Shown: positions 9,741-19,299, counted from the stretch's first letter. The stretch is 52,882 nucleotides of DNA from Oligoflexales bacterium (GCA_044344995.1 JBIJBX010000001.1:1-52882); one strand, 5' to 3'. Notes: generated from the letters alone by a model not told the origin. Numbers and translations are program-made.

Positions 9741-10739
9741 TTAGAATAATGTGGGCTGGTCGTTGACGTAGAGGGGCCTGACTTTCGGAGCGACATCTTC
9801 CATCTCGTCCACATACCTTTTGGCGTAGGGTCCAAAGAAGTACAGCTCCTTTGGGCCAACGCTTTGAATGATGGTTTTAAGCTCCGGTCCGTCACAGTGC
9901 GACGACAAATAGAAAGTATCCAGAACTTTTGTCTGGAAAGCATCCGCAGTGTCTCGCCGAAACTGTGGAAGAGCGTCTTCAATGGTAAGGAACGGACCAG
10001 CGTTATCCTTAATGGGTGACATGTTAGTGGTGCGCCGCGATTTAGGCAGAATTAACACCCGTGTTCCAGAGTGTCGTTTGCCGACGACCGCGTAACTGCC
10101 GAGCATTGAGCCGCAGGATTCGTAGACACGATTGATGCGATAAATAGTTGGATGGACAGCAACTGGCACGTTAGCTTCGTTTAGGAGTTTGGTGATTTCT
10201 TGCGCCGTTGCAATCGGATCACAGAGAATAACAGGCGTCCGGCCTTCAGCAAGGTACTGCTTAACGGCTGTCGCCAACCGCTCCTTTTCCTTACGACGAT
10301 TTGGCATCGACTGATGTGGATCTGGATGAAAGGCACCTAGAATCAGAACGTTAGCCTTCTTAACCTGCATCTTCCTAACCGTGGCAATAGAGTTAGGTTG
10401 TAAGCAGGGAGCATATAAGACGCGCCCTTTGTCCGTTTCAACGAACAGACTTGCGCCACCTAGAACACTACCCGAGGGGAGCAACTCCATTTTTAATCGA
10501 CCGATAGAAAATGGGCGGTTGTATTGACAAACCAGTGCGTGGGGTTTTTTTCTGCAAGCCTCAAGTATTTTTACAGTCTCTTCAGTTGCTATAACCTGTG
10601 GGACCTTGGTTTGTGAAAGCGCTGCGGCGGAGGATAAAAACGATAGGTCACCAGAAAGTTGCGAGTCGAGCCAGAGGATGGAGTCAGCGATGTGCAGACC
10701 ATCCTCAGTTGATTTCAATTTTATTAATTCTCGCGACAT
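9741..10739 (-). CDS. Beta-CASP/metallo-beta-lactamase-fold-like protein lacking the metal-binding motifs (probable pseudo-nuclease)
   Basis: 332 aa, colinear with short COG1236-type beta-CASP exonucleases: GL.I....LWLD, ATEET, LPSGSVLGGASLFVE..G.VLY, RKEKERL...L..GRTPVILCDPIATAQEI, LSSHCDGPEL...I....PKELYFFG. The HxHxDH position reads SSAAAL. Confidence 0.55.
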   Translation of the reverse strand: MSRELIKLKSTEDGLHIADSILWLDSQLSGDLSFLSSAAALSQTKVPQVIATEETVKILEACRKKPHALVCQYNRPFSIGRLKMELLPSGSVLGGASLFVETDKGRVLYAPCLQPNSIATVRKMQVKKANVLILGAFHPDPHQSMPNRRKEKERLATAVKQYLAEGRTPVILCDPIATAQEITKLLNEANVPVAVHPTIYRINRVYESCGSMLGSYAVVGKRHSGTRVLILPKSRRTTNMSPIKDNAGPFLTIEDALPQFRRDTADAFQTKVLDTFYLSSHCDGPELKTIIQSVGPKELYFFGPYAKRYVDEMEDVAPKVRPLYVNDQPTLF

Positions 10740-10875
10740 TCAGATGCCCAAAAAATTAAGGTGCGTCAAATCATTCTGAAGACAAATAAAAGTCAGCGAC
10801 CTAATTTGACAAAAGCCTAATATTCAGGCGTGAGAATAGTGTTATTTGGGGGTTACGGTCAAGCAAAGACCTGCT

Positions 10876-11070
10876 CTAATTCTGACCACGACCTGTGGTT
10901 GCGCCGTTTGCGGGGTATTTTGAATAGTATGTTTCATCCCAATAAAAATCTTCAAATTTGGTAGCGCCTTTTATACTCCCATTATTAACCATTCTATATA
11001 AATTAAGATATTCTTTATACTTCCTCTCGAGGATCGCAAACGCGACCCGCTTGCTTTCGTAGGTATTCAT
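10876..11070 (-). CDS. Hypothetical small protein (64 aa) in an AT-rich patch
   Basis: ATG at 11070 lies 10 nt after AAGGGGGA. No recognisable family. The ORF track's longer form reaches 11127. Confidence 0.35.
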   Translation of the reverse strand: MNTYESKRVAFAILERKYKEYLNLYRMVNNGSIKGATKFEDFYWDETYYSKYPANGATTGRGQN

Positions 11071-11342
11071 AAGTTGTAATTCCCCCTTTTGTTCCTCTGC
11101 ATGAGGGCTCGCAAGGTTGCAGCCCACTGAATTGTCGGGTTAATTTGCCAATAATTGAGCATAAACCAAATTTTATTATAGATTTCAGTGTGTTAGGCGA
11201 ACATTCCCCATGCTAAACTAGAGGGGAATTAGTTTGTTTTAACAGGTTTTCCACAGGTAGCCGACCCCTTGTTTGCTGCAATACGGCAAATGGGAGCGTG
11301 TTTTATCCTGTGGGGTTTTCAGTCTTGGGAGCTTTCCTAGAA

Positions 11343-12092
11343 ATGGAACAGACCGTCATTATATTTTTCGTGGCCCTGTTTGGCGGCTTGGTATTTTGGT
11401 GCATGAGTTTAATACAGGGGGGCCTTGGGCTGAATCGAGCCACTCGGTACCGCGATCGTTTTGGACAACTAATCGCTGAAATTGAGCACGTGGTGATCCG
11501 CGCTAACAATTTACAATCTTTAGCGAATCAGCTTCGTGACGGGGTGCTGTTGGACCACTACCTCGCCGCCCTGCGCATGATCGAAACCCTGATGATTGCT
11601 GTAAAAAACTTACGGTCATTTGGCGAGGATGAGGACAGTTTGGCAGCCCCCCTTTTCCTGGTTAAAGAGATCAAACAGAAACTGCTCAAAATTGAGTCGG
11701 CCATGGGTCGAGGCCTTCAGGGCAAACCCCATGAGTTTATGAAAACCGCCCCTGTAATGGCTCAAACGGTTATTGGATGCCATTTTTGTTCCCGTCCTTT
11801 CGATGCCGCATTATTTGGGAAGGTGCGAGTTAAGGTTGATGGACATACGGAAGAGGTGGCGGCCTGTGTTTACTGCCGAGAGCGGTTGTTGCGAACCAGG
11901 AAGGCACGGGTACTTTTTTTTGACGAAGACGGAGCGCAGGTTCATTGGTCCAAGGCGAAATCTTGGACGCCGTCTCCTGAGTACTGGGATATTAATCGTG
12001 ATGATATTTCCGATCGTGGTAAGACACCACATCTTGAGCTAGTCTATAGCAATGTTTCAAGGATTAGCGAAACAAAGCGTGGCGACGATTAA
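11343..12092 (+). CDS. Hypothetical membrane-anchored protein with a C-terminal CxxC...CxxC zinc-ribbon-like motif
   Basis: ATG 11343 follows GGGAG. Has one N-terminal TM helix (TVIIFFVALFGGLVFWCMSLI), a helical middle and CHFCSRP...CVYCRE. The ORF track start is 11298. Confidence 0.5.
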   Translation: MEQTVIIFFVALFGGLVFWCMSLIQGGLGLNRATRYRDRFGQLIAEIEHVVIRANNLQSLANQLRDGVLLDHYLAALRMIETLMIAVKNLRSFGEDEDSLAAPLFLVKEIKQKLLKIESAMGRGLQGKPHEFMKTAPVMAQTVIGCHFCSRPFDAALFGKVRVKVDGHTEEVAACVYCRERLLRTRKARVLFFDEDGAQVHWSKAKSWTPSPEYWDINRDDISDRGKTPHLELVYSNVSRISETKRGDD

Positions 12093-12167
12093 GTCCTAAA
12101 AGGTGCATGACAAAAAACCGAAATCGCTGATAATTTGTCAGCGAAATAATGTGGGGGGTTCAGAGCT

Positions 12168-13157
12168 ATGTCGAAAAAAGTTGTTAAAGTTGCAGTTACG
12201 GGCGCGGCCGGACAAATTGGTTATAGCCTGTTATTCAGGCTCGCATCTGGCGAAGTCTTTGGAAGTGATACCGCAGTTCATCTGAATCTTCTTGAATTGC
12301 CAGCAGCCATCAAGGCAGCCGAGGGAACAGCGATGGAGTTGGAAGATTGTGGATTTCCCGCGTTGGCAGGGATCACTATATCTGACTCTGCTGAGACGGC
12401 GTTTGATGGAATTAATTGGGCGCTATTTGTTGGTTCTAAGCCGCGCGGACCGGGAATGGAGCGCAACGACCTGATCAGGGATAACGGCCCTATTTTCGTG
12501 TCGCAAGGCAAGGCCTTGGCGCGCGCTGCCCGAGACGTGCGCGTGGTGACAGTGGGTAACCCCTGTAATACCAATGCGCTGATCGCACAGCACAACTGTC
12601 GTGATATTTCAGCGACCCAATTCAGCGCCATGACAATGCTGGATGAAAATCGCGCTAAAGCGCAGTTGGCGAAAAAAGCAGGCTGTAACGTTGGTGATGT
12701 GAACATCGCCATTTGGGGCAATCACAGCTCAACGATGTATCCAGACTTTGAGAATGGCACCATCGCAGGCAAGCAAATTACAGATGTAATTAAAGAGCGG
12801 ACTTGGCTCGAGACGGATTTCATGAAAACGGTGCAGCAACGAGGAGCCGCAATTATCGCTGCTCGCGGCAAATCATCGGCCGCCTCCGCGGCGTCGGCTT
12901 GTATTGACCACATTTGGCGATTGATACACCCAACGCCTGCTGGAAAGTACTTCTCATGCGCAGTGCCAAGTGATGGCAATTCTTACGGCGTTCCGGCCGG
13001 ACTTATTTTCTCCTTCCCCTGCCGCTCGCATGGCAACGGAAAATACGAAATTATCAAGGATTTACCGATTTCTGACTACAGTCGTAAAAAGATCGAGGAG
13101 ACAACCAAAGAGTTGTTGGCGGAGCGTGAGGTGGTCAAGGAGCTGCTTGTAAAGTAA
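12168..13157 (+). CDS. mdh: Malate dehydrogenase (LDH-like type 2 family)
   Basis: 329 aa. NAD-binding motif [14 protein letters not shown] and catalytic block [12 protein letters not shown]. Confidence 0.93.
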   Translation: MSKKVVKVAVTGAAGQIGYSLLFRLASGEVFGSDTAVHLNLLELPAAIKAAEGTAMELEDCGFPALAGITISDSAETAFDGINWALFVGSKPRGPGMERNDLIRDNGPIFVSQGKALARAARDVRVVTVGNPCNTNALIAQHNCRDISATQFSAMTMLDENRAKAQLAKKAGCNVGDVNIAIWGNHSSTMYPDFENGTIAGKQITDVIKERTWLETDFMKTVQQRGAAIIAARGKSSAASAASACIDHIWRLIHPTPAGKYFSCAVPSDGNSYGVPAGLIFSFPCRSHGNGKYEIIKDLPISDYSRKKIEETTKELLAEREVVKELLVK

Positions 13158-13273
13158 GTTGGCTCGCTCCAGCACGTCGGCCCATGTGTAAACGATTGAC
13201 TTGACGAATTTTGAACTTATCATCCAAGCAGGCGGCGCATTGTTCGCCTGTACGGATATTTTGGAGGTCAACA

Positions 13274-14194
13274 GTGGTTTGGTTTAAGCGAATATTTTTG
13301 TTCATGTTGGTTAACATCCTGGTCATGACGACGATTTCTATTGTGACGAGTATGCTTGGGTTGCGCGCATACATGACGCCTTATGGCATCGATTATGGCC
13401 AACTTATGGTGTTTTGCTTGATTTGGGGTTTTTCTGGCGCTCTGATTTCTTTGGCCCTATCTCGCGTGATGGCCAAATGGATGATGGGAGTTCAATTAAT
13501 TGAACCAAACACGACGGATGCACGTCTGAGGGACCTGGTATCAATGGTGTACCGCTTGTCTGATCAAGCTGGCCTTCCGCAAAAACCTCAGGTCGGTATT
13601 TATGACAGCCCAGAAGTGAACGCATTTGCCACTGGACCCACAAAATCAAAATCCTTGGTTGCAGTTTCAACGGGCCTATTAAACCGAATGAATCGAGAGG
13701 AAGTGGAAGGTGTCATCGGTCATGAGATCGCCCACGTAGCCAATGGGGACATGGTTACTATGACCCTTTTGCAAGGCGTCATTAACGCCTTTGTTATGTT
13801 CCTGGCGCGAGTGATTGGCTTTGCGGTCGCCAATGCTACTAGATCAAGCGATGACGAAAGGCCAAACTACATGATGCAAAGCATGGTCACCTTGGTACTT
13901 GATATTTTCCTCAGCATCCTGGGCAGCATAGTGGTTGCTTGGTTTAGTCGTTGGCGAGAATATCGTGCTGACCGGGGCGGCGCGAGTTTGGCGGGACGTG
14001 GCAAGATGATCGCCGCATTGAAAGCGTTAAAGTCGCTACACAATATTGGCCCCCAATTTGAGCCCGAATCTGAAAAAGCCATTGCGGCATTCAAGATTTC
14101 ATCCCGCAGATCCGGGTTTTTGGCCTTATTTTCAACCCACCCCGACCTAGATGACCGGATAGCGGCGTTAGAGTCGGCAGCACGGGGTATTTGA
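13274..14194 (+). CDS. htpX: Membrane zinc metalloprotease HtpX (M48 family)
   Basis: HEIAHV zinc motif and four TM segments. The in-frame GTG at 13274 is preceded by GGAGG (13263-13267). The ORF track start of 13211 is less likely. Confidence 0.9.
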   Translation: MVWFKRIFLFMLVNILVMTTISIVTSMLGLRAYMTPYGIDYGQLMVFCLIWGFSGALISLALSRVMAKWMMGVQLIEPNTTDARLRDLVSMVYRLSDQAGLPQKPQVGIYDSPEVNAFATGPTKSKSLVAVSTGLLNRMNREEVEGVIGHEIAHVANGDMVTMTLLQGVINAFVMFLARVIGFAVANATRSSDDERPNYMMQSMVTLVLDIFLSILGSIVVAWFSRWREYRADRGGASLAGRGKMIAALKALKSLHNIGPQFEPESEKAIAAFKISSRRSGFLALFSTHPDLDDRIAALESAARGI

Positions 14195-14333
14195 GGTCTC
14201 TTCCTCAAAATGGTTCTAGTTTTGCTTGAGGGGGGTAACAAACCTATGTATATTTGGCCCCCTGACGCGAGTATCTAAAGGGATCCCTGCAGTGTTTAAA
14301 TATGCCGACGGGGTCGGTCTGGGTTCGCGATTG

Positions 14334-14421
14334 GGAGAGATGGCCGAGTGGTTTAAGGCGGCGGTCTTGAAAACCGTTGTGGGGTTGCACCCCACCGGGG
14401 GTTCGAATCCCTCTCTCTCCG
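14334..14421 (+). tRNA. tRNA-Ser (anticodon UGA), no genomically encoded CCA
   Basis: Hand-folded cloverleaf: acceptor GGAGAGA/TCTCTCC, anticodon loop CTTGAAA, long variable arm, T-loop GGTTCGAATCC. Followed by ctc, not cca. Confidence 0.93.
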
Positions 14422-14513
14422 CTCTGTTGATTCAAGGTTTGTGAATGGCGGCTAAAACCGCTGAATGCCGTCGGTTTAAGCCGCCGGCGGCGTTCCGAGA
14501 AAGAGTTTTATTT

Positions 14514-14603
14514 GGAAAGGTGGCCGAGTGGCTGAAGGCACGTCCTTGCTAAGGACGCATACGGGAAACTGTATCGGGGGTTCGAATCCCCCCCTTTCCG
14601 CCA
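14514..14603 (+). tRNA. tRNA-Ser (anticodon GCU), CCA encoded
   Basis: Acceptor GGAAAGG/CCTTTCC, anticodon loop TTGCTAA, long variable arm, T-arm GGGGGTTCGAATCCCCC, discriminator G followed by CCA. Confidence 0.93.
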
Positions 14604-14664
14604 CTTCCCCATAAAATATACTCGCCTAAAATCACTGCTATTTGTCAGCTAGCCGAAAATATAG

Positions 14665-14693
14665 TTGCAAACATATTGGGGGGTTTGTATATA
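14665..14693 (+). promoter_or_regulatory. Candidate sigma-70 promoter for tRNA-Arg (TTGCAA-N17-TATATA)
   Basis: TTGCAA at 14665-14670 and TATATA at 14688-14693. The tRNA begins 20 nt downstream. Confidence 0.45.
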
Positions 14694-14712
14694 GCCCCTT
14701 CATTCCGCGTTC

Positions 14713-14789
14713 GCACCCGTAGTTCAGTTGGATAGAATACCAGACTACGAATCTGGGGGTCGGAGGTTCGAATCCTTCCGGGTGCGCCA
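14713..14789 (+). tRNA. tRNA-Arg (anticodon ACG), CCA encoded
   Basis: Acceptor GCACCCG/CGGGTGC, anticodon loop CTACGAA, T-arm GGAGGTTCGAATCCTTC, then G and CCA. Confidence 0.95.
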
Positions 14790-14854
14790 TTTTCTTTACA
14801 AATCCAAAACTTAGCCGTCTAATAGAAGGTTCAAACTCATTGAGGGGGAACCAG

Positions 14855-16579
14855 ATGCAAGCGCATCTGCTCGTCGATATTAGTAAGGCCATCATCGCCG
14901 CCACCTTGGTCGGTTTACCGGCCTATTTCATGGGGATCCCACTAATCCTCGCCTATTTTTTGGCCGGCGTCCTTATTGGGCCACATCTTGGGATCGGCCT
15001 CATCAAAAACCCCACAAGCATCTGGAACCTATCAGAAGTTGGTCTCGTTCTGCTGATGTTTATTCTTGGTCTAGAGATCAATGTCAAAAAATTATTTCAA
15101 ATCGGTCGGGCAGTTTTATTCAGCGGCTTAGTGCAAATTTCTGGATGCCTCTGTCTGGGGTTTGTTTTTTTTAAATTGCTGGCCAGTCACCTAACAAATT
15201 ATGAACTTGTCTATTTGACTGCAGCAGGCGCCCTATCTTCGACTTTGATCGTGGTAAAAATCCTTTCAGACAAGATGGATCTAGACTCGCTTCCATCGCG
15301 CATCACCATCGGCATACTGGTCATGCAAGATCTCTTTGCAATTGCTTTTTTGGCGATCCAACCAAGCCTCGAGCAAGTCAACGGCCGCGCCATTGCTTTT
15401 TCTCTCTCAAAGGTTGTGGCGCTTGCGTCCTTTAGCTTCGTTTTGGCGCGGTACGCTCTACCCTGGATTTTTCGGCGAGCGGGAAAGCAGCCCGAACTAC
15501 TTTTAATCCTAGCTATGACGTGGTGCTTTTCCATGTGCGGCGTTGCCGACTATCTGAGCCTTTCGATAGAAATGGGCGCTCTCGTAGCTGGAATTTCTAT
15601 CGCATCATTTCCCTACCATTTAGAGGTTGTCGCCAAGATATCAAGCTTGCGGGATTTCTTTATCACTCTGTTCTTTGTTAGCCTTGGCTTGCAGGTTCCA
15701 AGCCCTAGTATCAATGTTTTGATGCTTTCTGCTCTTATCGTGTTTTTTGTGTTGTTTAGCCGTGTTTTAACGGTATTTCCCGCGCTTCACTCCCTTGGCT
15801 ATGGCAATCGTGCGAGTCTACTCCCGGCAATCAACCTCAGCCAGCTCTCGGAATTATCATTGGTTTTAGCGTCATTAGGCGTTGCCTACAACCACATCAG
15901 CGCGGAGATTCTGTCCTCTTTCATATTTGCCTTGGCCATAACTGTCTTGATCTCTTCTTATTTGATGCCATTTGCACACGACATCTATAAGCGCACAAAT
16001 TGGATATTTGAGAAAATAGGCTTTAAAGATCACATCACAGGCGCCGACTCCAAGATTAACGAGCACTCAGCAAAGCCGAGGTCTATTGTTATGCTAGGGT
16101 TTCATCGGGAGGCCAGTTCCCTGCTCCATGAGATGCAAAATCGACTTCCAAAAGAGTTTCTTGAAAAGATGATGGTGGTCGACCTTAATCCCGAAGCCCA
16201 TCGCAAGCTAAAAGTTATTGGGATCGAAGCGCGTTATGGGGATGTGGGTAATATCGATACTCTAAGAAGTTTAAGTCTTGAAAATGCAAAACTAATTGTA
16301 GTTGCCATTCCAGATCGCGCACTCAAAGGCACAAATAATATGAAAATGCTGAAGATTCTGAAAACTCTTGCCCCCGATGCTGGGGTGATCGTGATGGCCG
16401 ATAACATGAGTCAGGCACAAGAGATGTACAGAAGTGGAGCTAGCTACGTATACATGCCGCGCTTGGTGGGCGCCCACTATCTGGTTGATGTGATTGAAAG
16501 GCTGCGCGTCAATGGCCCGGAATCGATTCGGCCGGACGCTGAACGCTTTTTGACCTCGCGGGTGGAAATCATTCCCTAG
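14855..16579 (+). CDS. Cation:proton antiporter (CPA2/Kef-type) with a C-terminal RCK_N (TrkA-N)-like domain
   Basis: About 390 aa of polytopic Na+/H+-exchanger-type membrane domain, then a Rossmann-like domain ([11 protein letters not shown]...VVDLNPE...GDVGN). ATG 14855 is preceded by GAGGGGG. Confidence 0.85.
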   Translation: MQAHLLVDISKAIIAATLVGLPAYFMGIPLILAYFLAGVLIGPHLGIGLIKNPTSIWNLSEVGLVLLMFILGLEINVKKLFQIGRAVLFSGLVQISGCLCLGFVFFKLLASHLTNYELVYLTAAGALSSTLIVVKILSDKMDLDSLPSRITIGILVMQDLFAIAFLAIQPSLEQVNGRAIAFSLSKVVALASFSFVLARYALPWIFRRAGKQPELLLILAMTWCFSMCGVADYLSLSIEMGALVAGISIASFPYHLEVVAKISSLRDFFITLFFVSLGLQVPSPSINVLMLSALIVFFVLFSRVLTVFPALHSLGYGNRASLLPAINLSQLSELSLVLASLGVAYNHISAEILSSFIFALAITVLISSYLMPFAHDIYKRTNWIFEKIGFKDHITGADSKINEHSAKPRSIVMLGFHREASSLLHEMQNRLPKEFLEKMMVVDLNPEAHRKLKVIGIEARYGDVGNIDTLRSLSLENAKLIVVAIPDRALKGTNNMKMLKILKTLAPDAGVIVMADNMSQAQEMYRSGASYVYMPRLVGAHYLVDVIERLRVNGPESIRPDAERFLTSRVEIIP

Positions 16580-16687
16580 TCGAGCAAGGATCATGGCTGA
16601 CAACTGGCGTGATGAAATGATAGTTCTGCCATGAGTTTTTTGGTGTTGTTTTTGGGGTGCGCAGATTGATGGAATCAGGGGGGCTAG

Positions 16688-18064
16688 ATGACAAGGCTTT
16701 TTGGCACAGATGGCGTTAGAGGTCTCGCCAATGTTTACCCGATGTCGCCTGACATGGTGCTTCGTCTCGGGCAAGCCATTGGCATTTATTTTGGTACAAG
16801 GCACACGAAGGCCAGGATTTTAATTGGAAAAGACACCAGGCGAAGTGGCTACATGTTGGAGCAAGCCCTCTGCTCAGGTATCTGCAGCGTTGGGGTGGAC
16901 GCCTATTTTCTCGGCCCACTCCCAACTCCGGGCATCGCCTATCTCACGCGCGGCATGCGCGCAAGTGCCGGAATCGTCATCTCAGCTTCACATAATCCGT
17001 TTCATGATAACGGTATTAAGATATTTTCCGCCGATGGCTACAAGCTTCCAGATGAAGTCGAAGATGAGCTAGAAAAATTGGTAAGTGACACCTCATTGGC
17101 GGAAAATTCACCAACCGGTGCCGGAATAGGACGCGCCCGCCGAATCGAGGATGCTATTGGTCAATATGCCGTTTTCCTGAAGGAGCAATTTCCAAAACAT
17201 CTGCGACTTGACGGGCTACGCATTGTGATTGATTGCGCTAACGGCGCTGGTTACCGCGTGGCGCCAAAAGTTTTCTCCGAACTTGGCGCTGAATTATTTA
17301 TAATAGGCGATGAGCCGAATGGCACGAATATAAATGATCACTGTGGGGCGTTGTTCCCCCAGACTCTTCGCGAAAAAGTTCTGCTCTACAAAGCTGATTT
17401 GGGAATCGCGCTGGATGGAGATGCTGACCGCATTGTAGTCATTGACGAAAAAGGCGAGCTGGTCGATGGCGATGAAATGCTAGCCGCTTGCGGCGTCTAT
17501 ATGCTCAAGAAAAACTTGTTACGAAACAACACGGTGGTTTCAACTGTAATGAGCAATATGGGTTTGGATGTGGCGCTTGCTAAAGCTGGTGGAACTTTGA
17601 TTAGAACTAAGGTGGGCGATCGATATGTCATGGAGGCTATGCGCAAGGGCGATCATGTGCTTGGCGGTGAGCAGTCGGGTCACCTTATTTTTAGAGACTC
17701 ATCAACGACGGGCGACGGCATTCTGGCAGGCCTCAAGTTTTTGGAGATCATGGTTGAGCAAGGTCGAAGAGCCTCGGAGCTGAGGCAGACGATGGAAAGG
17801 CTGCCGCAGCTAGTGATCAATGTTAAAGTCAAATCAAAAGTGCCATTTGAAAACCTTAAAGAATTTCAGAAAGCCCTGAAGCAAGTTGAGAAAAAGCTGG
17901 ACGGTAAGGGGCGGGTTTTGGTGCGTTATTCGGGAACTGAAAGTCTCGCAAGAGTTATGGTTGAAGGTGAAAATCGCGATGAAATCGAAACGATGGCGCA
18001 CGAGCTATCCCATGAGTTAACAAAGTCAATTGATAAGCTTACGGAGACAACAAAACAAAAATGA
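16688..18064 (+). CDS. glmM: Phosphoglucosamine mutase
   Basis: N-terminal LFGTDGVRG and active-site phosphoserine block ISASHNPFHDNGIK. 458 aa. Confidence 0.95.
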   Translation: MTRLFGTDGVRGLANVYPMSPDMVLRLGQAIGIYFGTRHTKARILIGKDTRRSGYMLEQALCSGICSVGVDAYFLGPLPTPGIAYLTRGMRASAGIVISASHNPFHDNGIKIFSADGYKLPDEVEDELEKLVSDTSLAENSPTGAGIGRARRIEDAIGQYAVFLKEQFPKHLRLDGLRIVIDCANGAGYRVAPKVFSELGAELFIIGDEPNGTNINDHCGALFPQTLREKVLLYKADLGIALDGDADRIVVIDEKGELVDGDEMLAACGVYMLKKNLLRNNTVVSTVMSNMGLDVALAKAGGTLIRTKVGDRYVMEAMRKGDHVLGGEQSGHLIFRDSSTTGDGILAGLKFLEIMVEQGRRASELRQTMERLPQLVINVKVKSKVPFENLKEFQKALKQVEKKLDGKGRVLVRYSGTESLARVMVEGENRDEIETMAHELSHELTKSIDKLTETTKQK

Positions 18065-18813
18065 TCAGACTTGGTGTGAACATTGACCATGTGGCAACCG
18101 TGCGACAAGCTCGTGGCGAGAGATATCCCGACCCCGTGCAAGCCGCAATATTTGCTGAAATTGGCGGCGCAGACAACATTACTTGTCACTTGCGAGAAGA
18201 TCGCCGGCACATCCAAGACCGCGATGTTTACGCCCTTAGGGACTCCATCAACATTCCGCTTAATTTCGAGATGGCCGCGACTGAGGAAATGCTGGGCATT
18301 GCCAAAAAGATCAGACCGCATGCTGTAACGCTTGTGCCCGAGCGGCGAGCGGAGCGAACGACGGAGGGCGGCCTTGATTTGACGGTGGAGCTTGAACAGC
18401 TAAAGGCCTTTGTGGGCCAGCTGCAAGACTTGGGCATCGCCGTTGCTCTATTTGTCGAGCCAACAACCAAATCAGTCGAACAAGCAAAAAAGATCGCTCC
18501 GACAGCCTTGGAGTTTCATACTGGAAATTTTTGTCGAAAAATTGAGGCCGCGACTCGCACACACGATAAAAAATTGATTCTGCAGCAGCTTGCCGATGTC
18601 AGTGTAGCGGCCCATCAATCCGGATTTCAATGCCATTTTGGACATGGACTTAACTATTCCAATACTGGCTGGTTACAGCTCGTCCCCCACGCTGAAGAGG
18701 CGAATATAGGTCACGCGATTGTTGCTCGTGCTCTATATTGTGGTTTGGAACAGGCGGTTCGCGATATGAAAGCGCTATTAAATGATCCAGCAAATGCACC
18801 CCGAATCTCTTGA
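18061..18813 (+). CDS. pdxJ: Pyridoxine 5'-phosphate synthase
   Basis: LGVNIDHVATVRQARG at the N-terminus. 250 aa. ATGA overlap with the glmM stop. Confidence 0.95.
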   Translation: MIRLGVNIDHVATVRQARGERYPDPVQAAIFAEIGGADNITCHLREDRRHIQDRDVYALRDSINIPLNFEMAATEEMLGIAKKIRPHAVTLVPERRAERTTEGGLDLTVELEQLKAFVGQLQDLGIAVALFVEPTTKSVEQAKKIAPTALEFHTGNFCRKIEAATRTHDKKLILQQLADVSVAAHQSGFQCHFGHGLNYSNTGWLQLVPHAEEANIGHAIVARALYCGLEQAVRDMKALLNDPANAPRIS

Positions 18814-18846
18814 TTTGGTGTTTTTTCAATCCAGTGAGCTCAAGGC

Positions 18847-19296
18847 ATGCACGGTAAAATTAAAAACGAATGGTGTGTTAGCCGGGAAAACTTAAATAAA
18901 GTAGCGTCCATTGTTGGCCAAGAGTTGCTAAAGTCTGGACGATTTGTGCTCTGGCTTCGCGGCGAGCTTGGTGCTGGGAAAACGACATTTGCCGGTGAAT
19001 TGTTGAGGGCTCTCGGCCTCCCGGCATCGGTGCCCGTCCTATCTCCCACATATACCTTTATGACTGAGTACCAAACGGCATATGGCTTGATTGGGCATCT
19101 CGACCTCTATCGATTGCCTGAGAATGACCATGAAGCCGCTGATTTTTTGCTTTCTGATAGAGATTTCCGCGGGCTCATTGTTGAATGGCCTGAACGAGCG
19201 ACTAAAGCAGCGCGCCTTCAGAAAACGCACGAGCTTAAGTTAACATTCACAGATCATATCGATGAGCGAAAATTAGAGCTTACGACTGCGAATTAA
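18847..19296 (+). CDS. tsaE: tRNA t6A37 biosynthesis ATPase TsaE (YjeE)
   Basis: 149 aa. P-loop LRGELGAGKTTF, SPTYT motif, and HLDLYRL. Confidence 0.85.
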   Translation: MHGKIKNEWCVSRENLNKVASIVGQELLKSGRFVLWLRGELGAGKTTFAGELLRALGLPASVPVLSPTYTFMTEYQTAYGLIGHLDLYRLPENDHEAADFLLSDRDFRGLIVEWPERATKAARLQKTHELKLTFTDHIDERKLELTTAN

Positions 19297-19299
19297 TTT

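Noticed and set aside
14195-14854. Genomic-island or prophage integration at the tRNA cluster (and at tRNA-Ile, 45891-46058)
   Set aside because: There is no integrase or recombinase gene. There is no direct repeat of a tRNA 3' end, and no compositional break. The flanking genes are housekeeping (htpX, antiporter/glmM, dacB).
14226-14904. ORFs 14226-14444 (+), 14244-14435 (-) and 14638-14904 (-) overlapping the tRNA genes
   Set aside because: They are explained entirely by the tRNA-Ser and tRNA-Arg genes and their spacers. No coding signal is present.
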